A DNA stretch of 64,000 nucleotides from Antedon mediterranea (taxonomy: Eukaryota > Animalia > Echinodermata): contig NC_092680.1 of the NCBI RefSeq assembly GCF_964355755.1, positions 19,105,045 to 19,169,044 on the forward strand, in the 5' to 3' direction. Positions within the stretch are counted from its first letter, which is position 1; every line of letters begins with the position of its first letter. The notes beneath the pieces were generated by a model, which saw nothing but the letters and a program-made list of their open reading frames with translations, was not told the DNA's origin and did not search any database. Position numbers and translations under genes: made by a program. Shown piece after piece: positions 30,891-42,762 of this stretch.

Positions 30891-31069
30891 AGCTTGGTTC
30901 CCACTAGAACGTAACGCAAGGACGTCAACGCAACGTAAGCGTTTTAACCAATGACAAGCGAAGTTATAGACAGTTAGCAATCACAAGCGAATAAGCCATC
31001 GCTTGTGATTGGTCAATTCACTTGCGTTGCGTTACGTCCTTGTGTTGCGTCGCTAGTGGGAACCACGCT
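30891..31069. mobile_element. MITE family A, intact copy lying within an older decayed copy (30864-31112)
   Basis: Same 179-bp sequence and TIRs, TAA/TTA flanks; family-like remnants on both sides. Confidence 0.88.
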
Positions 31070-33707
31070 TTACGTTGCGTCTACGTCCTTGCGTTGCGTC
31101 TGAACCAAACTTAAATGCACTTCTTATTACAAACCGAAAATGAAAAGTTTTATTTTTCCTGGCCCCACATTTTCTACTGCAGTTCCTCGTGTGTAGGCCA
31201 TCAGGTGAAAATCCTATCGTTCAATCCCGTTCCGATGCAACATGTGATTAGTTAATTTAAACCAGTAAGTCATAAAATCTAGGCCACCTTCATATAAACC
31301 AATTTAACTGGTTAGAAAATGTTGATCAATAATCTAACACGTAAACTACCATAATCATTTTGTAAAGTTAATTTATTTCAGTATAGCATACGTTAATTAC
31401 GTACGTTGTAGCAACAAGTAATATACTGTACGATAGCATAGTAATATAGAAGATAATAACTTATCGGTCAATAACCCAAATATCTAATCAGGAAAAAGTT
31501 GTTAGTTCACAAACCTAGATGCATAGCGCTTTATTCAACCATTATATCTATGATCACTTCTCGTATAGGAAATAATAAAAGTATACAAAAGGAGAATTAT
31601 AGTCCACAGAGGTAAGCTTAACGGTTTACCATTAAGTAGGTCATAAGTGCTGTTCAGTTCATAGCAGAAAAATTTGCTGTTTCTTTATTAATAACACTGA
31701 AACGCGTTTTATAGAATGTAAACGCATTCATTTGCTTGCAATGAAATAGAAATTCCTGTCTGTATTTTTGTTTCTAGTTTACTCAGACAGACAGTCATTT
31801 GATAATTATAGGAAATAGATTGTTATTTCGTAATACCATAGAGTAAATAATAATTATTTCATGGTAAAACTAACATAGGATGTTAATAAACTAAATTGAT
31901 TAAGTTGTAAAACCACACATTACAATAAAAACAACAGTCTATGACATGTCGCTATGAACTTAGTCAAACCAAAATAATATATAGACAGTTGTCTTTTAGA
32001 AAAAGTTCAGAAATTGTTTCTGACGTTAATTTTGGAAAATCTATTTTTAAGGCTTTAGGCCTACGGTTATTTATACGAAGTTTCATTATTGTTGTATTTT
32101 ATTAGTGTGTCTTGGTGGTTACGATGCTTTGTCCCGGGGTTCAAGACCCGTCACATGTCATGATTTTTTCTACGGACAAAATTAAAAACTTCCTTCACAA
32201 GGACTTGTAATAAGAATTTGTTTATGTAGAGGATCTTATGTATATGTTTGTCTTGTGAACCTCTGAGAGTCCCTAATGATCAGCAATTGCTGGATGGATC
32301 ACCCATTAAATATGGTGTAAAAAAAAAGAAAAAAAGTTTTAGAACGAGAAGGAGAACCATCGTCTATGTTATACGGTCGTTTGCAACATTATATTTACAT
32401 ACTTTATCTTCTACGACACTGTTTTCAAACTAAAAGGGCTAAAGCAGTTGATGTTTGCTGAGTTTTCCTGCCATACTGGTCTCATTACTCAAATGACCGT
32501 GTCTAAATCAACTTTGACTTCCTTCGTTGATTGTCTTTTAAATCAGATGTCAACATTTTGTGGATTAACTCACAGGTTGCTTTTGAAGTACAGTATTTAG
32601 ATTTACAACGCACCATAACATATCCGTTGTTTTTCTCTCTTAATTAATATTGACAAAGAGACAATAATTATGGTAAAAACTTTTTTTCTGAAATAAAGAA
32701 TCGTCGATTAAAACGATTGTATTTCTAATATGTAACGTTGAGATTATCATAATGAATTATATCAGACAGAGTGATGTTCAAATATTGTTTTTAGTAAGAT
32801 TTCCTCATCTTTTACATCTGTTATCAGTCTTTCTTTATTATTTCCATTTATCATACACAATCATAAACATACATAAATAATCATAGTACAAAGACAAAGA
32901 TAAAAAAATAAAGAATGGAAAGGGAGAATCTCTGAAGCATATCTTATAGAAACAATATATATAAATAGAAATATGAAACAACAAAGCCACAATGGCATAG
33001 GCGAATAATTTAGTAAAAATGCAAACATTATTTTTTTAAGCAAAAAGGTTTCACAGAGATTGAAATGTTTTTTTTAAATTTCCGTCATTACAAGGCACTA
33101 AATGACGAACTAATACAAGCAGCAATTTTAAGTATTCATTCGTAATCCTCATGTTATATCATTCACATATTTCATTTGCCGGGTCTGTTTTCCTAATAAT
33201 TTTGTATAGGCCGCCATGCAGTATATAATGTGTTGTGTTTTCCATTCATATTAGCCTATACATTCCTATATAATGTCATGATCTTATTTGAATGTTATAG
33301 AAAAGTATGCCTCAGCATCCGGCTTTATGCATTCTGAAATAACATATTAAATCAGTAACAATAATTATGAACATGCATATTTATCGATCAGTAAACGAAC
33401 AGTTAAATAGATGATATTTTTTTAATGTATGACTGCAGCCGACAATTTGATAAAATTTTATTATAAAATACATGATGCCAAGTAACATCCACATTACATT
33501 ACCCTTTATAGGTCTTTCTACTTTCTACTAAATTTGATTAAAACATGTTTGTAGGCCTTTTATAATCATCACCAGGTTCATGAACATTATTCGATAAATC
33601 AAAATGTTGGTAACAAAAATTCAAAAGTACATTAAGGATGTGACTGAATGAATCCTGGTGATGAATATGCATGTAGACCGACATTAAGGAATGTTTTAAT
33701 CAAACGC

Positions 33708-33954
33708 AGCTTTGTCTACACTATCAAACTAGTTTAAAAAAGTGTGATGTGTCCAAATTATGGTAGTGATATGCTCAAATATGTCAGTGATAATGCCCAA
33801 ATATGGTAGTGATATGCCAAAATATGGTAGTGATATGCCAAAATATGGCAGTGATATGCCAAAATTAATATGGTAGTGAAATGACATCATCATGTCTATA
33901 TATGGGCACATCACACTTTTTTGTAACATAAAGTTTGATAGTGTAGACAGAGCT
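33708..33954. mobile_element. MITE family B copy with expanded internal 21-bp minisatellite
   Basis: Same TIRs; about six units of AAATATGGTAGTGATATGCCA versus about two in the 7600 copy. Confidence 0.85.
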
Positions 33955-36900
33955 TAGTTAAATCAACTTTGTTCGAAGTTGTTCAGTCATATAACTTTAC
34001 AGATATTTTACGTCTTAAACTATATGGCAATGATTTCATCAATTCACTTTTTTTTTGTGGTTAAATGGTTAGTTTTATTTCTTTCTTTGTGTTGTTGTTC
34101 CACTTTGTGTTGTTGTTCCACTCCTGTGAGACATTCATTGACCTTTACAAACTACACGAGACATTTCGACCTGACCCGCTAATAAGGTTCGAGGGCCAGT
34201 CATGGCTTGAGCAGACTATCAACATTCCATAAATTAAAATCATTTGTTGAAATCCAAGAGAACAAATTGCTTGCTATTTGGGAATTGATTTCATTATTGA
34301 TCAAACAATGTTGGAAATTGAAGGAATTATCTTGGCTGTAACTCTTCATTTACCAACGACCTTAGGGAGGTCGCTGACACTAACTCTTTCCAGTCATACA
34401 ACTCGGATGGACTGGACAAGCATCCGGACAAGTGCCCGTTGCAAACTGGAAAATGTTTCTCCTTCAACTTTTCCCCTGTTGATAAATGAACGAGGCCAAC
34501 TATTTGATTATAGTTTTTTTTTTTTATAAAATTCTTTATTGACTTTTTAACACTCATTGGCAAAGACAGTGTTAATTAATTGGCACTTAATGTAAGCTAT
34601 ATGTAATACATTGGCTTTGGTAAATCAAAGTTCATGGCGTGGGTATGAACTTCGTGGTTCTCAGGTCTTAAGTGTCGAATGGATTTATGGTTATTAGTTT
34701 GATAGTACTTTTTATATTACAGAGGGCACATGGGTGTAATATATTAATTATTGAATACGTGTTATTTTTATATCTTACATTCATTTTAATTTCTCCTAAC
34801 ATATCCCCATATTAAAATTTTGCATCGGAAATTACTTACTTTCTTAATACGAAACTGTACCTTTTAAAAAATCGAAAAATGTATGAATTCTGTAAGATAA
34901 AAATCGGTACATTTTCCTATTTTAAGAAACATTATTGCTGAATTCTATAAAGTAAAAATCGACAAATTATTTGTTATTTTTTTTAAGAAAGTTTGTGCAT
35001 GAAAAAAAAAATTCTTATTAAAAAAAATTGTGAATTCCTTAATTTTTGTTGGGACAAATTTTGCTTGAAACAATTCTATCAAGTAAAAATTCTCATTTTA
35101 GGAACGTGATTGCATAAAGAAAGAGCATAATACAAATTGTTTAATTCCTTTTGCCTACCTGTACTTTAAGAAACATAATTACTTGAAACAAGAATTCTAT
35201 AATAAAAATGGTTAACATTCCTATGTATTCAAAATATTGTTTGAAGAAGTACAGTACTATAGAATGTCTGGTATTCTTGATACGAATTTATATTGAGTTA
35301 AGTAATACGGTATTTTCATGATAAGAATGTATGCGATTCGTGTAAGAAATGTTTCGATTCTTGGTAAGCAAAAAAGTATTGAAATACTGTACGGTTAGAA
35401 TTGATTGATTTCAAGAAATATTTGGCTTGAAAAAAAAGTTTTTTCCCTCTTAAAATGAGAATTGGAATTTTGCTGTGTCTAGGTTTAGGTATAGCTAATA
35501 AATAGACCGCGAATTTCATAGACGTTATCTATTAGAAAAGAGTTAACATTGGAAGAAAATCGGTGGTATAGATAATTTTTAACTTCGGTAGAAACCATTT
35601 TACAGAAATAAATTATAAAATATTAAATGCAATTTATTACCGATATAAAGTATAGGCTATGCCTGTCTATCACTAAATTTCTTGGTTAAATAAAGGACCT
35701 ATAAATGTATAGGGCCATGGTTAAATTAAATGTAAGCTTTTGTTTTATTGTCATTCCGCCACCCACCCCCTTCAAAATCGTACTTTTAAAAACATTTTAT
35801 TCGAATATTCTGGTTAACGATATGTGTTAATTTATTTTTCAGTGAATGCAAAGATGGTGGTATAGCTGGTGGGGTGGTTGGCTACAAACTGCTAAAAAGG
35901 TACGTATTTTTTTATTACCTAACTAGCTAGGCCTACTAAGGACAAGGTAGTTTGGCCCTAGATAAACATTATTTAACAAGTTTGCTAATAATTTACCTCA
36001 AATAAACGCGTAAACATCTTTTTAATTTAAATGTTTAATATTATTTCCATGGTTTATAAAATACAGTACAGTAGTACGGCATTATGTTTATTGTTACGAC
36101 TTTATTAAGTTTCAAATAAAAGTTTGTGGAGGCGCTGTGTAGGAAAGTATCGCACATCAAAAAGAAAATAATAATATGCAATACAACTGCAGTGTATACC
36201 GTAACATTTTGTTACTACACGTGACTGTACGTCGTCGTCATCGTTTATCATCAGCGTTAATACACGTGATCAAATGAGACAGACTGAAGTAAATAAGCTC
36301 GTCTCACACAATTTATGTGTACAGGTATTCTTTTGAGAGATTTATTGCTACGTGTACTTACGTCATTAATTGTTAACTAAAAGCCCAGATACCATGTCGA
36401 TATAGGAACTTTGTATATTTTTTCACATACAATCTTCTAAATCAAACCAATTTTAATTATGTCTAATTACAAATAAACATTAACGTTAATTATAATTTAT
36501 TTCATACATGTTTGTGTATCAAACATTGTGTTTCTATGAATAGAAGATATGGAATGGAATACCTCAAGGTAATGTTGGCACATATGACATCGGATTTTGC
36601 ACTTTGTAAATTTTCAAGCTTTCAAACAAAAAATAAACCTTTTTTTTCACAGGGTTTCGCGAGTTCAAAGTTTTAACACCAAAATGTTTTAAGACAAAAA
36701 AAAGCCTAAACACAGAAAAATAATAAGCTTTACTAACATTGTTTATATTGACAACCTAAATTATCAACATTCTGTAGCTATCACTAGATTGATCCTGACT
36801 GACTATCGCAAGTCAGTCAGATACAAGTCTAGGTGGTATACATTGAATATCAGCAGGGTAGTAAATATTCATCTAGCCTAAGTCACGTTATTTTAGTTTT

Positions 36901-38147
36901 AGTTTTTAGACATTACAATTGCATTTCAAAATATATTGTTTTTGCTTTCTTTTATAATCTATATTTTTATAAAAACAAACATCTAGACCTAAATGTATTT
37001 TTTTTAAATAAGTTAGGCCCATTTTGAGCACGTAGGCCTATACTTGAATGAAAAGGAAAAAACAACTTCAGGCAACTCGTAACTTAATTCTTTTATACTG
37101 AAATAACAAAGAGTTGAGCTTAACAAACGTATAACCAAAGATTTTATTTATTTTGACAGGTTTTAAATTGTGTTAATTATCGAATCAAATACACAGACCA
37201 GTACGCTAATGCCTTTTCCTTATGGGAATAAGCAAGATAATATCCGTCTCAAAATAAGATTTGTTTACCTTCAGGGTTTATATGATTTCCTTTTCAAAAT
37301 ATGTCTTAACTCTTATTATAAGAACGTTCGTTATGACAAACACGAACTCAAATCAAGTAGAAGTTCAAATTGAAGCACTCTAGTTGAACTTAACACCGAA
37401 ATGCCTATTGGGATATGGTGTTGCAACACGTGACAATTGCATGAGTCGTCTTTAGACCTTGCATATTAGTTTTAAAAACTAAAATTAAATCATGAATATG
37501 TTTTATAATTTATATTAAAAAATACTGTTTTAGGCAAATAAAAAAAACATAAACAAATTTATGTTAGGGATTAAGCATTTTCTTTGTACTGAGTCTGTAT
37601 CTTATATATCTTTATAGTACCGTATATCATAGTATAGGCAAATGCTGTAATAAAGTATCACATAGTATCACATGTGAAATGCTTAAACATTTCGATCATA
37701 ATGCTATTTCGATGGAAAAAACAATGATTATATCCTTTCAATTCAATTCTTTTCCTGAATTATAGGCCTACCTGCATTTCTAACTAATAAATATTTTCCC
37801 CTCTAAATCATATATTACGGTATCGTTCTAAAAACGATACAATGCCATCTCTCCCTTTAACCTAAAAAAAACAAAAAACAAGTCGAGGGGGCGATACCGT
37901 TAGTTCAGTCAGTAGGCCTACGTTTCCTCACCAAAAATAATACTGCAGAACGGATATCGCTACTATCCTTCCATGCATGATGATTGACGTATAACAGTTG
38001 CTTAGCAAAATTGCCCAGGTCAGTCCTTAATCGACGTTATTGGTTACGCCCTTCTATCATCTATCACATAGATTACATCAGATAAGTACAGTGTATTAGG
38101 TTTTGTATCACAGCATAGGCCTATAACATGTATAACATGTATGTATA

Positions 38148-38460
38148 TGGAGTGAGTTGAGTGGCCGTGCGGTTAAGACAGTGGAAGCGTAATTACGTAG
38201 CCATAACATCGGCAGGGGTTCGAGGCTCACTCACTCCATGGTTCTGGTGATAGGACAAGTCTTCTCGGACAAGGACTATAAACCGTAGGTCCAGTGTACA
38301 CAACTTAGCTCGTGTGTACTTTAAAGAACCTAGTACATCTTTCGAGACGAGTAGGGGGTTACCCCGGTGTATAGTACATCACAGCCACTGATCACCAACT
38401 GGGCCCTCTGAGAGACCATGACTGAAGAGGTCGCCCATAGTATAAATATAAAACAATACA
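38148..38460 (+). mobile_element. tRNA-derived SINE with Deu/Nin-like central domain (DeuSINE), near full length
   Basis: A box TGGCCGTGCGG, B box GGTTCGAGGC, acceptor-like pairing TGGAGTGAGT/ACTCACTCCA. Core CTTCTCGGACAAGGACTATAAACCGTAGGTCC...TTAAAGAACC...GAGTAGGGGGTTACCCCGGTGT resembles the Deu domain as I recall it from zebrafish SINE3/AmnSINE1; A-rich tail; second copy at 25.2 kb. Confidence 0.8.
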
Positions 38461-39314
38461 AATATATATTAGGTTATTAGTTACTGCAACACATAAATAA
38501 CATAACTTATTTTTATATAAATAAAAATAACGCATCCATGACAACTCCATACATGAATTTGAAAACGAAAATATTTTATTTCTGTATCAAATTAATCCCC
38601 ATCATATATATACTCCCCACCCGTACCAATCACCCGCAAATATGCCTACCCGTCAACCGTCTCATCCCATAATTCTCCCCAGCCACACCAATCTAACACC
38701 CCACGCCCACCAATCTAACACCCCCTCCCCCAATGGTCCTTTTGGCATAATGGACCACCTATTATACACGAGCACTCATCGTTTTAGGCCACTGGGAACA
38801 GCTCACAGGATCCATCACCACTCGCTAAAAATTGTACATGTTTTGTAATGTAGGCCTATCATGCCAAGAGTGTCCTCACCTGTTTGAATCATCAACAATT
38901 CCCTGATGATAAAAGCCTCACATTCAGGTGTGGTGTTGAAAGGATCCGCTTTGAATAGTGGTGGTACAAATCATTTATTATATTGAATGTAATGAGTTAC
39001 TGAGAGATTAATTGATCCGCTTTGGTCCTCGCATTGCCCATTATGGTGAATACTCATTGGCCTAAAGCTATCGATGAATTATTAAAACATCGCTTAACTT
39101 TTATAGACGAAGATTTATTACAGGTAAGGCACAACAACAGCTGAATTCGACATATTATTCTGATAAACTTTTCTAGGCCTTATTCACTATCCTCAGACAA
39201 CCACTGGGACAACCGCCCTGAACTATTTCCATGGGACAAAACTCAATTGGACGACTAAGGCCTAGGGCTAAAAGTAGCTCCGCGTTTCTTTGCAACAACA
39301 TTGATAATAACTTA

Positions 39315-39493
39315 AGCTTGGTTCCCACTAGAACGTAACGCAAGGACGTAAACGCAACGCAAGCGTTTTAACCAATGACAAGCGAAGTTATAGACAGTTG
39401 GCAATCAAAACCGAATAAGCCATCGCTTGTGATTGGTAAATTCACTTGCGTTGCGTTACGTCCTTGCGTTGCGTCGCTAGTGGGAACCACGCT
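39315..39493. mobile_element. Palindromic MITE family A (PIF/Harbinger/Tourist-like), intact copy
   Basis: TIR AGCTTGGTTCCCACTAG...CTAGTGGGAACCACGCT with long imperfect arms; 3-bp TTA duplication on both sides; near-identical to 30891-31069 and 47994-48172. Confidence 0.9.
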
Positions 39494-40316
39494 TTAACGT
39501 ACTTTTCGACACTGAGTGAACTGAAAACCGTGACATTTTAATGTAATTGAAAATTTATATTTTACCATTAGGAATAGGCCTATCAATATTAAATCTTGGT
39601 AGCTACTATTTAAGCTGTATAAAGAGTTTAGTTTAGCTTGCATAATGCTAAATTTGTTTCCTATAAATAGCACAATTATATAAACAGATTTTCGTGAAAA
39701 TAAAAATAATTCGTCTAAAAACCAAAAATAATGTTTAGGCATACGATTATAAAATTATATTATATGTTGATATATGTTAGTTATATATACAGCCATATAT
39801 ATAATATATAATATATACAGCCATGTCATGGCAAAACATTTTTTTTATAGAATAAACGTGGATATTTAAAATCATATAAAAGAAAGGTTATTACGTTGTT
39901 TGTTTACGCTAATATTACAACACAGGAAACAATACACAACAGAAACTAGAATTATCTATTGAAAATTTCCGATTTCTGTCACGCAATAGCGTTCGACATT
40001 GAAGAGGTTATATTTATATAAAAATTATGAGCTTCTTAGCGGATACAGGTAAAGTATATCGGTTCCTCTGTAATCCCGTCTGTTTATATACTACGCATTT
40101 TCATATTTTATTTTTTAATTCTTACTAAAGATGTTGGTCAAATCCGTTAGGGATTTTTTTTTCAAAATACTATTTACCTTGGTAGTGATTAAACGTCACA
40201 GCCAACCATATTCAATTCCGAGAATTTTAATGTTTGTTACGACCTTCGGCGTTGTACATGATTCAATTTAATTTATTTTGTAAAACACATAAATATGTCA
40301 TAACTATATCTTTGAA

Positions 40317-40652
40317 TACGGCTTTACCACGTTGAAACACCGGTTCTCGTCAGATCACCGAAGTTAAGCGACGTTGGGCCTGGTTAGATGGGAGACCATC
40401 TGGGAATAACGGGTGCTGTATACGGAGCTGGGGTCCCGTTAGGCATTCTTATGGCATCCCCTGCATCTAGTATCTGCCTCAGACCTCTGGTCAAGGTGGG
40501 CACTGGACGAGAGAAGCCCTTGATCATTGTTAGGACCAATCAAGGTGCTTTAAACAGTCCTGGCTTTGTTTGTATCAAACCTGTTAGTGGCGGTAATTAT
40601 CGCTGTTGGTTTCGATTAAAAATAAAATTAAAATAAAATAAAATAAAAAAAA
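40317..40652 (+). mobile_element. 5S rRNA-derived SINE (SINE3-type): 5S head 40317-40420, unrelated body, (TAAAA)n tail
   Basis: TACGGCTTTACCACGTTGAAACACCGGTTCTCGTCAGATCACCGAAGTTAAGCGACGTTGGGCCTGGTTAG...ATGGGAGACCATCTGGGAATAACGGGTGCTGTA follows the animal 5S rRNA sequence with a ~7-nt deletion. It lacks the oligo-T terminator and runs into a ~195-bp body and A-rich tail. Confidence 0.8.
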
Positions 40653-40899
40653 TATATATATATAATAGCAATACAATAAACACACAAAATAGAGTAGCAT
40701 TTTCATCAAATTGGTAAAATACGGTACAGATATTTACTTTTCTACATTTATAAATCTTAAAAAAAGAGACAAAAGACATAATGACAAAAAACGATGAAGA
40801 TAAAGATTGAAGCATTTATATGTTTTATTTAGTACCTTTCCTAGCAGTCTTATGAGTCAAGATTGTATATTATATAGTCGTGGTTGTCCTAAAATTCAC

Positions 40900-41066
40900 C
40901 GAGAGATAAAGTAAAAGCCAAACGGTAATGGACAAGAGGAGAACAGATGGTTCAAAAGATTAGGAAAAAAGAAACGCAGATGGTGGACGATTTCACAATA
41001 TCACATACAGGAACAGCATGAGCTGGACAGCACAGAACAGAAATTAATGTCAGAGGCTTGAGAAGT
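40900..41066 (+). mobile_element. Possible RTE-clade LINE 3' remnant, followed by a small CAG..CTG-ended element (41070-41168)
   Basis: Frameshifted peptides RRW.DDF / WTAQNRN..QRLE resemble the RTE ORF C-terminus; weak. Confidence 0.3.
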
Positions 41067-42675
41067 GGACAGGTGGCGCCAGGATTTGCCCGACGGAGGG
41101 ACCAAAAGGCTCGACAAACATGGTCAATCCTCTCCGAACGGGGTTGGGACCGGATGACGCCACCACTGCTGGGTTTAAGCAGGGCTATGACGCGGTGGAT
41201 AGAGGCGAGGTAAGGTTATAAGGTGTTTGCGGCTGTTTGTTGTTGGTTATATCAGATAGTCCTCGCAATTGTCCATCAGGTCATTTTTATAGTGAACCTG
41301 TAACTCTCTGCTGTAACTACTATGACCGTTACAGTACATCAAATATGCCTATATAAACAAGACAGATTTTTCTATTCACAATTTCATAACAACCAGGCAG
41401 AAATGCAAAACAGATACGGTAAATTTATGTTTCGTTTTGGCTTATTAGTTATAAATTACCTAATGTAGAATATAGCATTATGTAATGCGGTTGAAGAAGC
41501 AGGTTATAGAAAGCTGTGTATTGGAATCACTCTAACTTGTCAACAAAATTGTTGACAGACGAAAGTACTATGACACTACTGTAACCGCAAGGACATCGTT
41601 TCAGTTTTCTAGTTGCTATATTATACCATGATTATACTGTATATTTCAAATCAAAGCTTGTGTATTGGAAAACTGTTCAGTATGTAAATACAGTACAAAT
41701 ATAGACAATTGGCGCCAATGCTAGAGAAGCGAACAGGTTATTGCATTTATATCGCCTGCATTTGTTTATAAATTGTAGTCTTCTCTAGATGCAAGTGGCA
41801 AGGGGAAAACACGTCGGAGAACTCTTGCAGAGCCTTCACTCGATGATGGGTCGATATTTTTTGTTGACAGTAAGTTTTGCAAGAATGTTGCTTTCGACTG
41901 TAATACACTGGTAAATTCCAATTGCACTATTTTACCATACTGTTTTTTCCTTTCTACTATTTATGAAGCATAGCCTACAGGTTCCGACGTATTTATTAGT
42001 TAAAAAATATGTGTCCTAAAATCACGAGATCGAAATTCATGTACGTTTATGGGGTTAAAAAAAACACCTTTTTCTGAAGTAGGCCTATCAAATTAGACTA
42101 GCAGATAAAGCTCATAACAACTTGGCAAATCCTTACCAGTATAAGTTAGTCCTGAAAAAAATCTTTTTTATCAACTTAGTCCCATGTATTTATGTTGCTT
42201 ACCTCGGGACCAAAACAAAAATATATAAAAAAAATAAAAAATATATAGGTCTATACTATAGAATAATTGCTATTTATAAATGTTGTTTTTATATTAGGAG
42301 AAAATTATTTTTAAGCAGGCAAGAAAAGATTCCACCGATTGAAATAAAATGCGCGATGAAAAGTACAGATACCGGCAAGCCTACACTCATTGATTGGACA
42401 GTACCGTACATTCAGTTTTGTGAATTTGTGAACTTAAATAGGTTGATTGACGGTTCTATTGACAAGATACAATTACGGGCCATTACGGTATAACAGATGA
42501 TGTATGCGCCAAGAGGCAATACCACAACACAACACATTATATACCTGTATGCTCCAATTAAGGCCTACATTGTGTATCGGGCGGAGGTACTGTCAATCAA
42601 AATGAAATATTCATTTAGTAACAAATTAGCAACATTTCGATGTATATAGTAAAAACAGTGTTTAATGAATAAAAT

Positions 42676-42762
42676 AATGTTTATATCGGATCCTTTACGC
42701 ATGCGTGTTTAATGAACAAATGTTTATATCAGATCCTTTACGCATGCGTTTTAATCAACAAC
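42676..42762. repeat. 43-bp tandem duplication
   Basis: AATGTTTATATCRGATCCTTTACGCATGCGT twice. Confidence 0.8.

Noticed and set aside
34840-35460. Very AT-rich tract with loosely recurring TTTAAGAAACA/AATTCTAT words
   Set aside because: Probably an old TE or satellite remnant, but unit and boundaries could not be defined.
38148-38240. tRNA gene
   Set aside because: A and B boxes are present but there is no canonical cloverleaf, and it continues into a SINE body found twice in the window.
40317-40420. Functional 5S rRNA gene
   Set aside because: Lacks the first bases, has a deletion at the C box, has no oligo-T terminator and is fused to a body and A-rich tail.
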